A stretch of DNA of 64,000 nucleotides from NCBI GenBank assembly GCA_964547975.1, contig CAZJRM010000001.1:5774-69773 (forward strand). The letters are read 5' to 3'. Every line of letters starts with the position of its first letter. Positions within the stretch are counted from its first letter, which is position 1. The notes below the pieces were generated by a model that was not told the DNA's origin, ran no database searches, and saw only the letters and a list, made by a program, of their open reading frames with translations. Shown here piece by piece: positions 49,108 to 56,888 of the stretch. The position numbers and the translations under genes are program-made. Source of the DNA: an uncultured Vicinamibacterales bacterium (GTDB taxonomy: Bacteria > Acidobacteriota > Vicinamibacteria > Vicinamibacterales > JAKQTR01).

Positions 49108-50075
49108 ACGGGGACCTCCGTCGGCGCGTCGGTCTTCTGCGCGGGTTCCTCGGTGGTCACCTGCAGGAAGATCTCCTCGAGGCTCATCCGCAGCGGCCGG
49201 AGTTCGAGCAGGCCCCAGCCGCGGGTGACCACGGCGTTGGCCAGATCGCGCCGGATGTCGTGACCGCGCACGCTCTCGACCTCCCAGCCCACCGCGTCGC
49301 CGTGGCGATCCGCCTGGTGCACACCCGTCACGCCGGCCACGCGCGTCAGCGCGTCGGTGGCGTCCGCGCCGCCGGCGTCGATCTGCAGGTACATCGTCTC
49401 GGCACCGCGCAGCCGGCGGGTGAGGTTGTCCGGCGTGTCGACCGCGACCACCTTGCCCTTGTTGATGATGACGACGCGCTGGCAGGTCTGGGCGACCTCG
49501 GGCAGGATGTGCGTGCTCAGCACGATTGTATGGCTGCCCGCGAGCTCCTTGATGAGCTGGCGCGTCTCGATGATCTGCTTCGGGTCGAGACCCGCCGTCG
49601 GCTCGTCCAGCACCAGCACGTCGGGGTTGTGCAGGATCGCCTGCGCCAGGCCGACACGTTGCCGGTAGCCTTTCGACAGCTTCGCGCAGTGGCGTTCGGC
49701 CATGTCCGCGACCCAGACACGCTTCATCACCGAGGCGACGCGCGAGGTCCGTTCGGCGGCCGGCACGCCCTTGATGCGCGCCACGAACGTCAGGTACTCG
49801 CGCACGGTCATGTCGGGGTAGAGCGGCGGCACTTCCGGCAGGTAGCCCGTCCGTCGCTTGGCTTCGATGGGCTGCTCGAAGACGTCGAAGCCCGCCACGA
49901 CGACCTTGCCGTCGGTCGGTGGCATGTAACCCGTGATGACCCGCATGGTCGTCGTCTTGCCCGCGCCGTTCGGCCCGAGGAAGCCGAGGATTTCTCCCCG
50001 TTCCACCCGGAACGTCACGTCGCTGACGGCGGTGACGGGACCGTAGTGTTTCGTGAGGTGCTGGACCTCGATCAC
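49104..50075 (-). CDS. ABC transporter ATP-binding protein (GldA-like)
   Basis: GTG start at 50075 preceded by GGAG. Walker A GPNGAGKTT, signature LSKGYRQR, Walker B VLVLDEP. ATGA overlap with the permease. Confidence 0.9.
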   Translation of the reverse strand: MIEVQHLTKHYGPVTAVSDVTFRVERGEILGFLGPNGAGKTTTMRVITGYMPPTDGKVVVAGFDVFEQPIEAKRRTGYLPEVPPLYPDMTVREYLTFVARIKGVPAAERTSRVASVMKRVWVADMAERHCAKLSKGYRQRVGLAQAILHNPDVLVLDEPTAGLDPKQIIETRQLIKELAGSHTIVLSTHILPEVAQTCQRVVIINKGKVVAVDTPDNLTRRLRGAETMYLQIDAGGADATDALTRVAGVTGVHQADRHGDAVGWEVESVRGHDIRRDLANAVVTRGWGLLELRPLRMSLEEIFLQVTTEEPAQKTDAPTEVPV

Positions 50076-50225
50076 TGAACGTCTCCGTGGTTGCAGGTTG
50101 CGATGTCCGTCGGCGTCCCGCGTGCGCAGACCGATGCGGGCGGGGCCCATCTTCGGACGATCGTCGTGTCCATCTGGCCGTGAAGGAATGTCGGGCGGCT
50201 GCGTCCACGCCGCCACCAAGGCAGG

Positions 50226-50255
50226 ATCGTACCCAGACCCCGGAGAAGGTGTCAA
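50226..50255 (-). promoter_or_regulatory. Sigma70-type promoter TTGACA-18-TACGAT for the ABC operon
   Basis: The minus strand reads GGTTGACACCTTCTCCGGGGTCTGGGTACGATCC. This predicts a leader of about 140 nt. Confidence 0.5.
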
Positions 50256-50291
50256 CCGACGTCTGCAGCCTGGCGTCCCGGAGGCGGCCGG

Positions 50292-51002
50292 TCAGCGGCC
50301 GTCGCGCTGCTTGTCGACGAAGTCGTCGATGGCGGCCTGGTCGGCGGCGTCGATGCGTTCGAACTCGAGGCCCATGCCCACCTGCCGGTCGGCCCACGCG
50401 ACGCGAGCTTCGGTGTCGATGTCCCGCTTCGAGTTCGGTAGCCGGAAGCGGACACGCGCCCGGGCGGCCGGATCGAGCGGGGCCAGCGTCCGGATGGCGA
50501 TGCCGCCCTTGCCGAGGTTCAGCGTCACCGCCGCGGCAATCGAGTTGGCGTGGCGGTACGCCACCGGGATGCCCATCACGACTCTGACGCTACCGCGCCG
50601 GTTGAAGCTGTCGGGGAACAGGTGCGGCGCCAGCGCCGGCAGGATGTGCGACTCCGGGCTGAACTCGTTGATGTAGCCCGACACGCCGAGTTCGGCCAGT
50701 TCCCGGACCTGCACGGCCGCGTTGATCGTGCCGCTGAACACCAGGATCGGGAGGCGGCCCCCGTCGAGGCGCCGGACCGCCCGCACGAGGTCGACGCCTT
50801 CGTCGGGCGGCAGGCGCAGATCCAGGACCACGAGGTCGATCGCGCTCATGTCGACGCGGATTCGTGCCAGCATTTCCGCCGCGCTGCGCGCTTCGAACGC
50901 CCGGTGCCCGGCCTGAACCAGGGCGGACAGGAATCGTTCCCGGACGACTGGCGTATCATCGGCAATGAGGACGGTCTTGTGCGGGACACCAAGCGCGGTC
51001 AT
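50292..51002 (-). CDS. Response regulator: receiver domain + PilZ-like domain
   Basis: REC pattern (VLIADDTP.., phospho-acceptor in VVLDLRLP, ..SG). C-terminal PilZ RxxxR (RRGSVR) and a degenerate (D/N)xSxxG (NLGKGG). Confidence 0.75.
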   Translation of the reverse strand: MTALGVPHKTVLIADDTPVVRERFLSALVQAGHRAFEARSAAEMLARIRVDMSAIDLVVLDLRLPPDEGVDLVRAVRRLDGGRLPILVFSGTINAAVQVRELAELGVSGYINEFSPESHILPALAPHLFPDSFNRRGSVRVVMGIPVAYRHANSIAAAVTLNLGKGGIAIRTLAPLDPAARARVRFRLPNSKRDIDTEARVAWADRQVGMGLEFERIDAADQAAIDDFVDKQRDGR

Positions 51003-51070
51003 TCTGTAGACATATCGGCAACGTGGTTGCCGACGATTAGTGCGACGGCCCGCCGTGCCGCGTCGGCGCG

Positions 51071-51099
51071 TTGCAGGGCATGGGACCTGTCGCTATAAT
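51071..51099 (+). promoter_or_regulatory. Near-consensus sigma70 promoter TTGCAG-17-TATAAT
   Basis: Hexamers at 51071-51076 and 51094-51099, about 55 nt upstream of the ATG at 51155. Confidence 0.6.
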
Positions 51100-51154
51100 C
51101 CAGGCTCCGTCACCGTGCCCGCCGATCGGGCGCGCGCCGTCTCGAGGAGGGGAT

Positions 51155-51385
51155 ATGGCCACCTGTCCGGAATGCGACTTCGAAATCGACATCGACGAGT
51201 ACGATGCCGACAAGGGCGACACGCTCGAATGTGACAACTGTGGCGTGCGCCTGGAAGTCGTCAGCCTGAATCCCATCGAACTCGACGTCGTGGCCGACGA
51301 AGACGAAGAGGACGACGACGAGGACGAGGACGAGGACGAAGACGAAGAAGACGACGACGACGATGACGAGGACTGGGACCAGTGA
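51155..51385 (+). CDS. LysW/amino-group-carrier-protein-like zinc ribbon with a 26-residue poly-Asp/Glu tail
   Basis: I trimmed the track ORF 51071..51385 to ATG 51155 (SD GAGGAGG). MATCPECDFEI..GDTLECDNCGVRLEVVSLNPIELDVV, then a D/E run, then the terminal EDWDQ. Confidence 0.7.
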   Translation: MATCPECDFEIDIDEYDADKGDTLECDNCGVRLEVVSLNPIELDVVADEDEEDDDEDEDEDEDEEDDDDDDEDWDQ

Positions 51386-52242
51386 TCGACGCTGACGGCC
51401 CGGCGGCGTTCGGCGTCGACCGGGACCGCCTTGCCGGGAAGGAGACGCGGCTCCGGGCGTCGTTGTCGGCCCTCGACTCCGTGCTCGTGGCCTTCAGCGG
51501 CGGAGTCGACAGCGCGTACCTCGCCTGGGTGGCCCACGACGTGCTCGGCGACCGGGCGCTGGCCGTGACGGCCGACAGCGCCAGTTACCCCGCCAGGCAC
51601 CGCGCCGTGGCGGTGCGCCTGGCGGCCGACTTCGGATTCCGCCACGAGTTCATCGACACCGCCGAGATGGACAACCCGGCCTACCTGGCGAACGAACCCG
51701 ACCGCTGTTACCACTGCAAACACGAACTGTTCGGCCGTCTCGCGTCGCTGGCCCGCGCGCGCGGGGTCGCCGCCGTGCTCGACGGCGCCAACGCCGACGA
51801 CCGCGGCGACTACCGGCCCGGGCGGCAGGCCGCCCGCGAGTTCGGCGTCCGCAGCCTGCTCGACGAAGCGGACCTGTCGAAGGCCGAGATCCGCGAGTTG
51901 TCCCGGCTGGCCGGACTGCCGACCTGGGACGAACCGGCGTCTGCCTGCCTGTCGTCGCGCATCCCGTACCATTCGTCGGTCAGCCCCGAGAAGCTCCGGA
52001 TGATCGAGCAGGCGGAAGACGTGCTCATCGGCCTCGGCTACCGGGGGTGCCGGGTGCGTCATCACGACGACCTGGCGCGGATCGAGTTGCAGCCCGCTGA
52101 CTTCGCTCGTGCGATTCAGGAGGCGGATCGCCTGACCATCGTGGAATCGCTCAAGGCGATCGGCTACCGGTACGTCTCGCTCGACCTGCAGGGCTACCGC
52201 ACCGGCAGCCTCAACGAGGGCATCGCCCTCAGGCCCGTCTAG
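51382..52242 (+). CDS. larE: LarE-type (TIGR00268-like) PP-loop ATP pyrophosphatase / sulfur transferase
   Basis: PP-loop AFSGGVDSAY, DGANADDRGDYRPG, three Cys (CYHCK + ACLSSRIPY), VRHHDDLARIE. GTGA overlap with the upstream ORF. Confidence 0.85.
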   Translation: MIDADGPAAFGVDRDRLAGKETRLRASLSALDSVLVAFSGGVDSAYLAWVAHDVLGDRALAVTADSASYPARHRAVAVRLAADFGFRHEFIDTAEMDNPAYLANEPDRCYHCKHELFGRLASLARARGVAAVLDGANADDRGDYRPGRQAAREFGVRSLLDEADLSKAEIRELSRLAGLPTWDEPASACLSSRIPYHSSVSPEKLRMIEQAEDVLIGLGYRGCRVRHHDDLARIELQPADFARAIQEADRLTIVESLKAIGYRYVSLDLQGYRTGSLNEGIALRPV

Positions 52243-52255
52243 ACGGAACGAGGTC

Positions 52256-54592
52256 ATGGTGTCCATCCCCAGGGACCGGCGCGGCCTCACGGCCTGGTGG
52301 CCGGCCCTCGCGCTCGCGGCGATCTTCCTGGCCGCCCACCTTCCGTTCCTCGCTTCGACCCTCGAAGACGTCGATTCGATCAACTTCGCCCTCGGTGTCC
52401 GCGACTTCGATCCGGGCCAGCACCGGCCGCATCCGCCGGGCTACCCGGTCTATATTGCCCTGGCGAAGGTTGCCCGCCTCGTCCTGAGCGAGCCGCACGC
52501 CCTGGCGGTGTGGGCCGCGCTGTTCGGTGCGCTGGCCGTGTTCCCGCTGTGGCGGTTCTACCAGGCGCTCGACGATCTCGAGGCGGGGCCGAACGAGACG
52601 TCGGGGCCGGCATCGCGATGGTCGGTGGCGTGGCTGGCCACGCTGGTCGCGGCGGTGTCGCCGTTGTACTGGATGACGGCCGTGCGACCCATGAGCGATA
52701 GTGTCGGCCTGGCCGCGTCGCTCCTGGGCCAGGCGCTCCTGGCGACAGCGTTCGTCCGGCAGTTTCGCGATATTCCAGCGGCGGGGGCGCGGCTCGAATC
52801 CTCCGTCGTGGCGCCGTCGGCGCGCCTCATCCTGCTCGGCGCCCTGGTCGCCGGCTTCTCGGTCGGCATTCGCTCCCAGGTCCTCTGGCTGACCGCCCCC
52901 CTGCTCGTGGTCGTCCTGGTGTCACGGGTCGGCCGCGGCGCCGCCGGGGCATTCATCGGGGCGGTCGCGTGGTTCGCTGCGGGCGCGCTCCTCTGGTTCG
53001 TCCCGCTCATCATCGCCAGCGGAGGGCCATCGGCGTACCTGGCGGCGCTCGGATCGCAGGCTGGTGAGGACTGGACCGGCGTCGACCTCCTGGTCACGCA
53101 TCCGACGCCCCGCCGGCTGGCGTTCGGCCTGCTCGACACCTTCATCACGCACTGGGCCGGGCTGGGCTGGGTGGTCCTCGCCTGTGCGGTCGTTGGCGCC
53201 GTGGTCCTGGTCCGGCGTGGACGACGATCGCTCGGCCTGCTCGTGGCCGCCTTTGCCCCCTACGCGGTATTCCATCTGCTGTTCCAGGAGTCATTCACCA
53301 CCCGCTACGCGCTGCCGCTCGTCGTGCCGGTGGCCTACCTCGCCGTGCGAGGCGTCCGGACGCTGGGGTCCTGGCCGGTCCGCGTCGCCGTCGTGGCGTG
53401 CGCGGCGGTGTCCCTCGTGCGCGTGGTGCCGGTGACGGTGCAGTACTCGAGGGTCGGCAGCCCGGCGTCGCGCGCGATCGCGGACGTGACCGCCGAGGCG
53501 GCTCGCAGCGGACCGGTCACGCTTGGCCGGCATTTCATGTTCGCCAGGGCGCTCGAGGCCGAACTCGACTCCCCGAACGTCAGCGTGCTCGACAGCCGCC
53601 CGAGGGAGGCGTGGCAGGCGCTCTCCCGCCACATGGTGACGGACGGCCGGTCACCGCTCTGGGTGTTCGTGACGCCCCGCCAGACGAAGATCTCACTCTC
53701 CGATCCCCGGTCACGGATCTTGCGGCGGGCCTACCGCTGGCCGTTCGACACCGCCACGTTTCTGGGCGGCGTGCGACCGGGGAACGTCGACTGGATGGAA
53801 CTCCGTGACCCGGGGTGGATCGCGCTGGACGGCTGGCACCTGACGCCGGATGCTGCGGGGCTCGCGCAGGCCACCGGCAAGGGGCTCGGATCGGGACCGA
53901 TCACGGCCATGCTGCGCCCGCGGCAGGAGGCCGCGGCCGTACTCGTTGGCGGGCGGCATCTCGGGGCGGCGTCCGATCCCGCGCTCGTCTTCACGCTGCG
54001 CCTGGCGGAGCGTGTGATCGACACCTGGACGGTCGCCCCGTCCTCACCGTTCTTCTTGCGGGTGTTGCCGCTGCCCGCCGGCACGCTCGTGTCGGGCGCG
54101 CGCTGGATTCCGCTGACCATCGAGGCGCGTGACTCGGCCACCGGGCGGCATTCGCCGGCCGGTGCCATCGAGCAGTTCGACCTGGCTCCGGCCACGGGAC
54201 TGATGGTCGGGTACGACGCAGGGTGGAACGAACAGGAACTGGAACCGAGGACCGGTCGATCGTGGCGCTGGTCGAGCGCTCGGTCCGACATGCGGGTCGT
54301 GTCGCCGGGCGGCGACGTGGTGCTAAGCATCAGCGGCGAGTCGCCGCTGAAATCCTTCGACCGCCCGTCGCGGGTGACCGTGCGTGTCGGGGACCGTGTG
54401 CTGCTGGACCAGTCCGTGTCCGAGGACTTCGAGTGGGACGTGCGCGTCTCCGGCACGGACCTCGCGGCATCCGGCGGCCTCGTGACCGTGACGACGGATC
54501 AGACGTTCTCGCCGTACGAACGGGGTGAGAACGCCGATCACCGCACGCTCGGGTTGCGCGTCTTCGGTGTGTCGATCAGGCCGGCTTCGTAG
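52256..54592 (+). CDS. Polytopic GT-C-fold glycosyltransferase-like membrane protein (DUF2723/ArnT/PMT-like) with a C-terminal periplasmic domain
   Basis: 778-aa ORF, 13 nt after larE. N-terminal loop motif EDVDSINFALGVRDFD..HPPGYPVY, about 10 or more TM helices, and a soluble beta-rich C-terminus. Confidence 0.55.
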   Translation: MVSIPRDRRGLTAWWPALALAAIFLAAHLPFLASTLEDVDSINFALGVRDFDPGQHRPHPPGYPVYIALAKVARLVLSEPHALAVWAALFGALAVFPLWRFYQALDDLEAGPNETSGPASRWSVAWLATLVAAVSPLYWMTAVRPMSDSVGLAASLLGQALLATAFVRQFRDIPAAGARLESSVVAPSARLILLGALVAGFSVGIRSQVLWLTAPLLVVVLVSRVGRGAAGAFIGAVAWFAAGALLWFVPLIIASGGPSAYLAALGSQAGEDWTGVDLLVTHPTPRRLAFGLLDTFITHWAGLGWVVLACAVVGAVVLVRRGRRSLGLLVAAFAPYAVFHLLFQESFTTRYALPLVVPVAYLAVRGVRTLGSWPVRVAVVACAAVSLVRVVPVTVQYSRVGSPASRAIADVTAEAARSGPVTLGRHFMFARALEAELDSPNVSVLDSRPREAWQALSRHMVTDGRSPLWVFVTPRQTKISLSDPRSRILRRAYRWPFDTATFLGGVRPGNVDWMELRDPGWIALDGWHLTPDAAGLAQATGKGLGSGPITAMLRPRQEAAAVLVGGRHLGAASDPALVFTLRLAERVIDTWTVAPSSPFFLRVLPLPAGTLVSGARWIPLTIEARDSATGRHSPAGAIEQFDLAPATGLMVGYDAGWNEQELEPRTGRSWRWSSARSDMRVVSPGGDVVLSISGESPLKSFDRPSRVTVRVGDRVLLDQSVSEDFEWDVRVSGTDLAASGGLVTVTTDQTFSPYERGENADHRTLGLRVFGVSIRPAS

Positions 54593-55322
54593 CCCGGCAG
54601 AGCAGCGAACTGCCGAACGGCAGCGGCACCCGCCGCTGCACCGCCGCTTCCACACGCAGCATGGCGGACAGCACGGCGTTGACCGGTGCCGCCGGGACCG
54701 TGATTTCCGCCGTCGCCTCGTCTTCAGGCGCGAATCCGGCGACCCGCTGGGCGAGGCGCACCGCGAGCATGGCGGGGAAGATGGCCGCGTTGGTGTAGGA
54801 GATCCACTCGACGCCGAACCCCTGCCGCTCCAGCAGGCCGCGCAGGCTGCCGCGCGTGTAGCGGCGCACCTCGGCCGAGAGCACCGAGTGATTGCCCTTC
54901 AGGAGGGGCATGGCCGCCACGTTCACGATGGCCGAACCGCCCGGCTTGAGGACGCGCCACATCTCCGCGACCGCGGCACGCTCCACCGCGGGTTCAAGAC
55001 AGTAGAGCACGTCGAAGGACGTGACGATATCGAATGTCTCCGCCGGAAACGGCACGTCACCGACCGACGCGCGGGCCACGCGTGTGAAGCCCTGCGATCT
55101 GGCGACGTCGAGTCCCGTCCACGTCAGGTCGAAACCCCACGCCGTCCCGTAAGCCCCGAGGAGGCCGAGGTTGGCCCCGGTGCCGCATCCGCAGTCCAGC
55201 AGGCACAGTCCGGACCTGCCGCGCGCCGCGTCGGCCAGCAGTGGCGTGACGAACCGGCGAAACCCGCGGAACCAGAAGTGATCGCGCTCGGCGCGTGCGG
55301 TGGCTTCGAGCAGTCGGTCCAC
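54576..55322 (-). CDS. Class I SAM-dependent methyltransferase
   Basis: Motif I LLDCGCGTGANL and motif II/III pattern. Its 3' end overlaps the convergent GT-C gene by 17 nt. Confidence 0.8.
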   Translation of the reverse strand: MDRLLEATARAERDHFWFRGFRRFVTPLLADAARGRSGLCLLDCGCGTGANLGLLGAYGTAWGFDLTWTGLDVARSQGFTRVARASVGDVPFPAETFDIVTSFDVLYCLEPAVERAAVAEMWRVLKPGGSAIVNVAAMPLLKGNHSVLSAEVRRYTRGSLRGLLERQGFGVEWISYTNAAIFPAMLAVRLAQRVAGFAPEDEATAEITVPAAPVNAVLSAMLRVEAAVQRRVPLPFGSSLLCRATKPA

Positions 55323-55352
55323 GCGCGCATTGTACTTCGTGGTGAGTAGTGG

Positions 55353-55381
55353 TTGACACGGCCGCGGTCAGCCGATAGAGT
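55353..55381 (+). promoter_or_regulatory. Sigma70 promoter TTGACA-17-TAGAGT for pal
   Basis: Hexamers at 55353-55358 and 55376-55381. Confidence 0.55.
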
Positions 55382-55455
55382 CGCGGCATTACTCCCGCGG
55401 CGAGCACGCGGCGCCGCGTGTCCTGTTTGCTGATTCCTCTGGAGGTCCTAAGACG

Positions 55456-56031
55456 ATGCACCGCTGGACTCGATTGGCCGTTATTGCGGTCGCCTGCCTG
55501 GTGGTAGGGCTGTCTGTTTCGTGCGCGAAGAAGGCCCCTGCCGCGGCGCCTGCTCCACCGCCGCCGGCGCCCACCACTCCGCCACCGCCGCCACCACCAC
55601 CGCCGCCACCACCACCGCCTCCGGCTCCGGCGCCGAAGCCGCTGACCGAGGACGAGGTGTTTGCCAACAAGTCGCTCGACCAGGTGAATGCCGAGAAGCC
55701 GCTGCAGGACGTGTCGTACGACTACGACAAGGCCGAGTTGAGCGAGGCGGCACGCGCGGCTCTGCAGAAGAACGCCGAGTGGCTGCGCCGCTGGCCGAGC
55801 ACCCGGATCACGATCGAGGGTCACTGCGACAATCGCGGGACCAACGAGTACAACATCGCGCTGGGTGACCGGCGCGCGGCCGCTGCCCGCGATTACCTGG
55901 TGACGCTCGGGATCCCGACGACGCGGATTCTGTCGGTCTCCAAGGGCGAAGAGTCGCCGTTCTGCACCGAGGACACCGAGGCCTGCTTCGCGCAGAACCG
56001 CCGCGGCCACTTCGTCGTGACGGCAAAGTAG
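55456..56031 (+). CDS. pal: Peptidoglycan-associated lipoprotein Pal (OmpA-like C-terminal domain) with a poly-Pro linker
   Basis: Lipobox LSVSC, Pro-rich linker, OmpA_C motifs (GHCDNRGTNEYNIALGDRRA). SD GGAGG. Confidence 0.85.
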   Translation: MHRWTRLAVIAVACLVVGLSVSCAKKAPAAAPAPPPPAPTTPPPPPPPPPPPPPPPAPAPKPLTEDEVFANKSLDQVNAEKPLQDVSYDYDKAELSEAARAALQKNAEWLRRWPSTRITIEGHCDNRGTNEYNIALGDRRAAAARDYLVTLGIPTTRILSVSKGEESPFCTEDTEACFAQNRRGHFVVTAK

Positions 56032-56043
56032 GGTACGAAGGAA

Positions 56044-56072
56044 GGGCCGTCGAACATGGTGTTCGACGGCCC
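56044..56072. terminator. Perfect 13-bp hairpin between the convergent pal and pyrF genes
   Basis: GGGCCGTCGAACA-TGG-TGTTCGACGGCCC. Confidence 0.6.
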
Positions 56073-56138
56073 GTCGTGTGTCGGTCGGCTCTCGGCGTTC
56101 GGCCCTCGGCCTCGTCCTTCACGCCTCCCGCCTCTTCC

Positions 56139-56864
56139 CTATCCCCTGATCTCCGCGTTCAAGGCTTCCGCTGCGGCGCGCGGATCGGCGGCGGCCACGA
56201 TGGGACGTCCCACGACAATGTAACTCGCGCCCGCTCGCACGGCATCCCCGGCGCTCAGGGTTCGCGCCTGGTCGTCCTTCGGCCTGGCGCCTTCCGGCGA
56301 GGCCGGCCTGATGCCGGGCGTGACGAGGATGAAGTCGTGTCCGCAGGCCCGGCGCACCTGGCCGATTTCCTGCGGCGACGCGACGACGCCATCGAGGCCC
56401 GCGTCTTGCGCCAGGCGGGCGAGGGCGTCGACTTGATCGACCACCGGGCGTGTCACGCCGATCGAACCGAGGGTGGCCTGGTCGAAACTCGTGAGCACCG
56501 TGATGGCGATCACCAGCGGCGCGGTGTGGCCGGCCCTGGCCGCGGCGTCGTGCGCCGATTCGCGCGCGGCGCGCATCATCGCGGCGCCGCCCGCGGCGTG
56601 GACGTCGAAGAGCCACACGCCCAGGCGGGCCGCCTCGGCGGCCGCGCCGGCGACGGTATTCGGGATGTCGTGGTACTTCAGGTCGAGGAACACGCGGAGC
56701 CCCGTGTCGACGAGCTGGGACACGATCCGCGGCCCCGCCGCCGTGAAGAGCTGGCTGCCGACCTTCACGGCGCCGACAGCCCCCCGGAGGGTATCGGCCA
56801 GGGCGAGCGCGCGATCGGCGCTGTCGACATCGAGCGCGACAATGATGCGGTTGTCGTCGGTCAT
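56139..56864 (-). CDS. pyrF: Orotidine 5'-phosphate decarboxylase
   Basis: IVALDV, DLKYHDIPNTV, VTPGIR. Confidence 0.9.
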   Translation of the reverse strand: MTDDNRIIVALDVDSADRALALADTLRGAVGAVKVGSQLFTAAGPRIVSQLVDTGLRVFLDLKYHDIPNTVAGAAAEAARLGVWLFDVHAAGGAAMMRAARESAHDAAARAGHTAPLVIAITVLTSFDQATLGSIGVTRPVVDQVDALARLAQDAGLDGVVASPQEIGQVRRACGHDFILVTPGIRPASPEGARPKDDQARTLSAGDAVRAGASYIVVGRPIVAAADPRAAAEALNAEIRG

Positions 56865-56888
56865 TCGGACGGTACCTCGCTGGCGGGA

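Noticed and set aside
51155-51385. The LysW-like ORF as part of a normal alpha-aminoadipate lysine or LysW-dependent arginine pathway.
   Set aside because: No lysX/argX, lysZ, lysY, lysJ or lysK homologue is present in the 64 kb. The immediate coupled neighbour is a PP-loop enzyme instead. A pathway elsewhere in the genome cannot be excluded.
51037-52383. 448-aa minus-strand ORF containing a long poly-Ser run.
   Set aside because: The Ser run is simply the antisense reading of the GAN acidic-tail codons of the LysW-like gene, and the rest is antisense to larE.
55545-55640. The CCG/CCA-rich repeat in pal as a variable-number tandem repeat or separate feature.
   Set aside because: It is in frame and encodes the Pro-rich linker between the lipobox and the OmpA-like domain, a common feature of Pal/OmpA lipoproteins.
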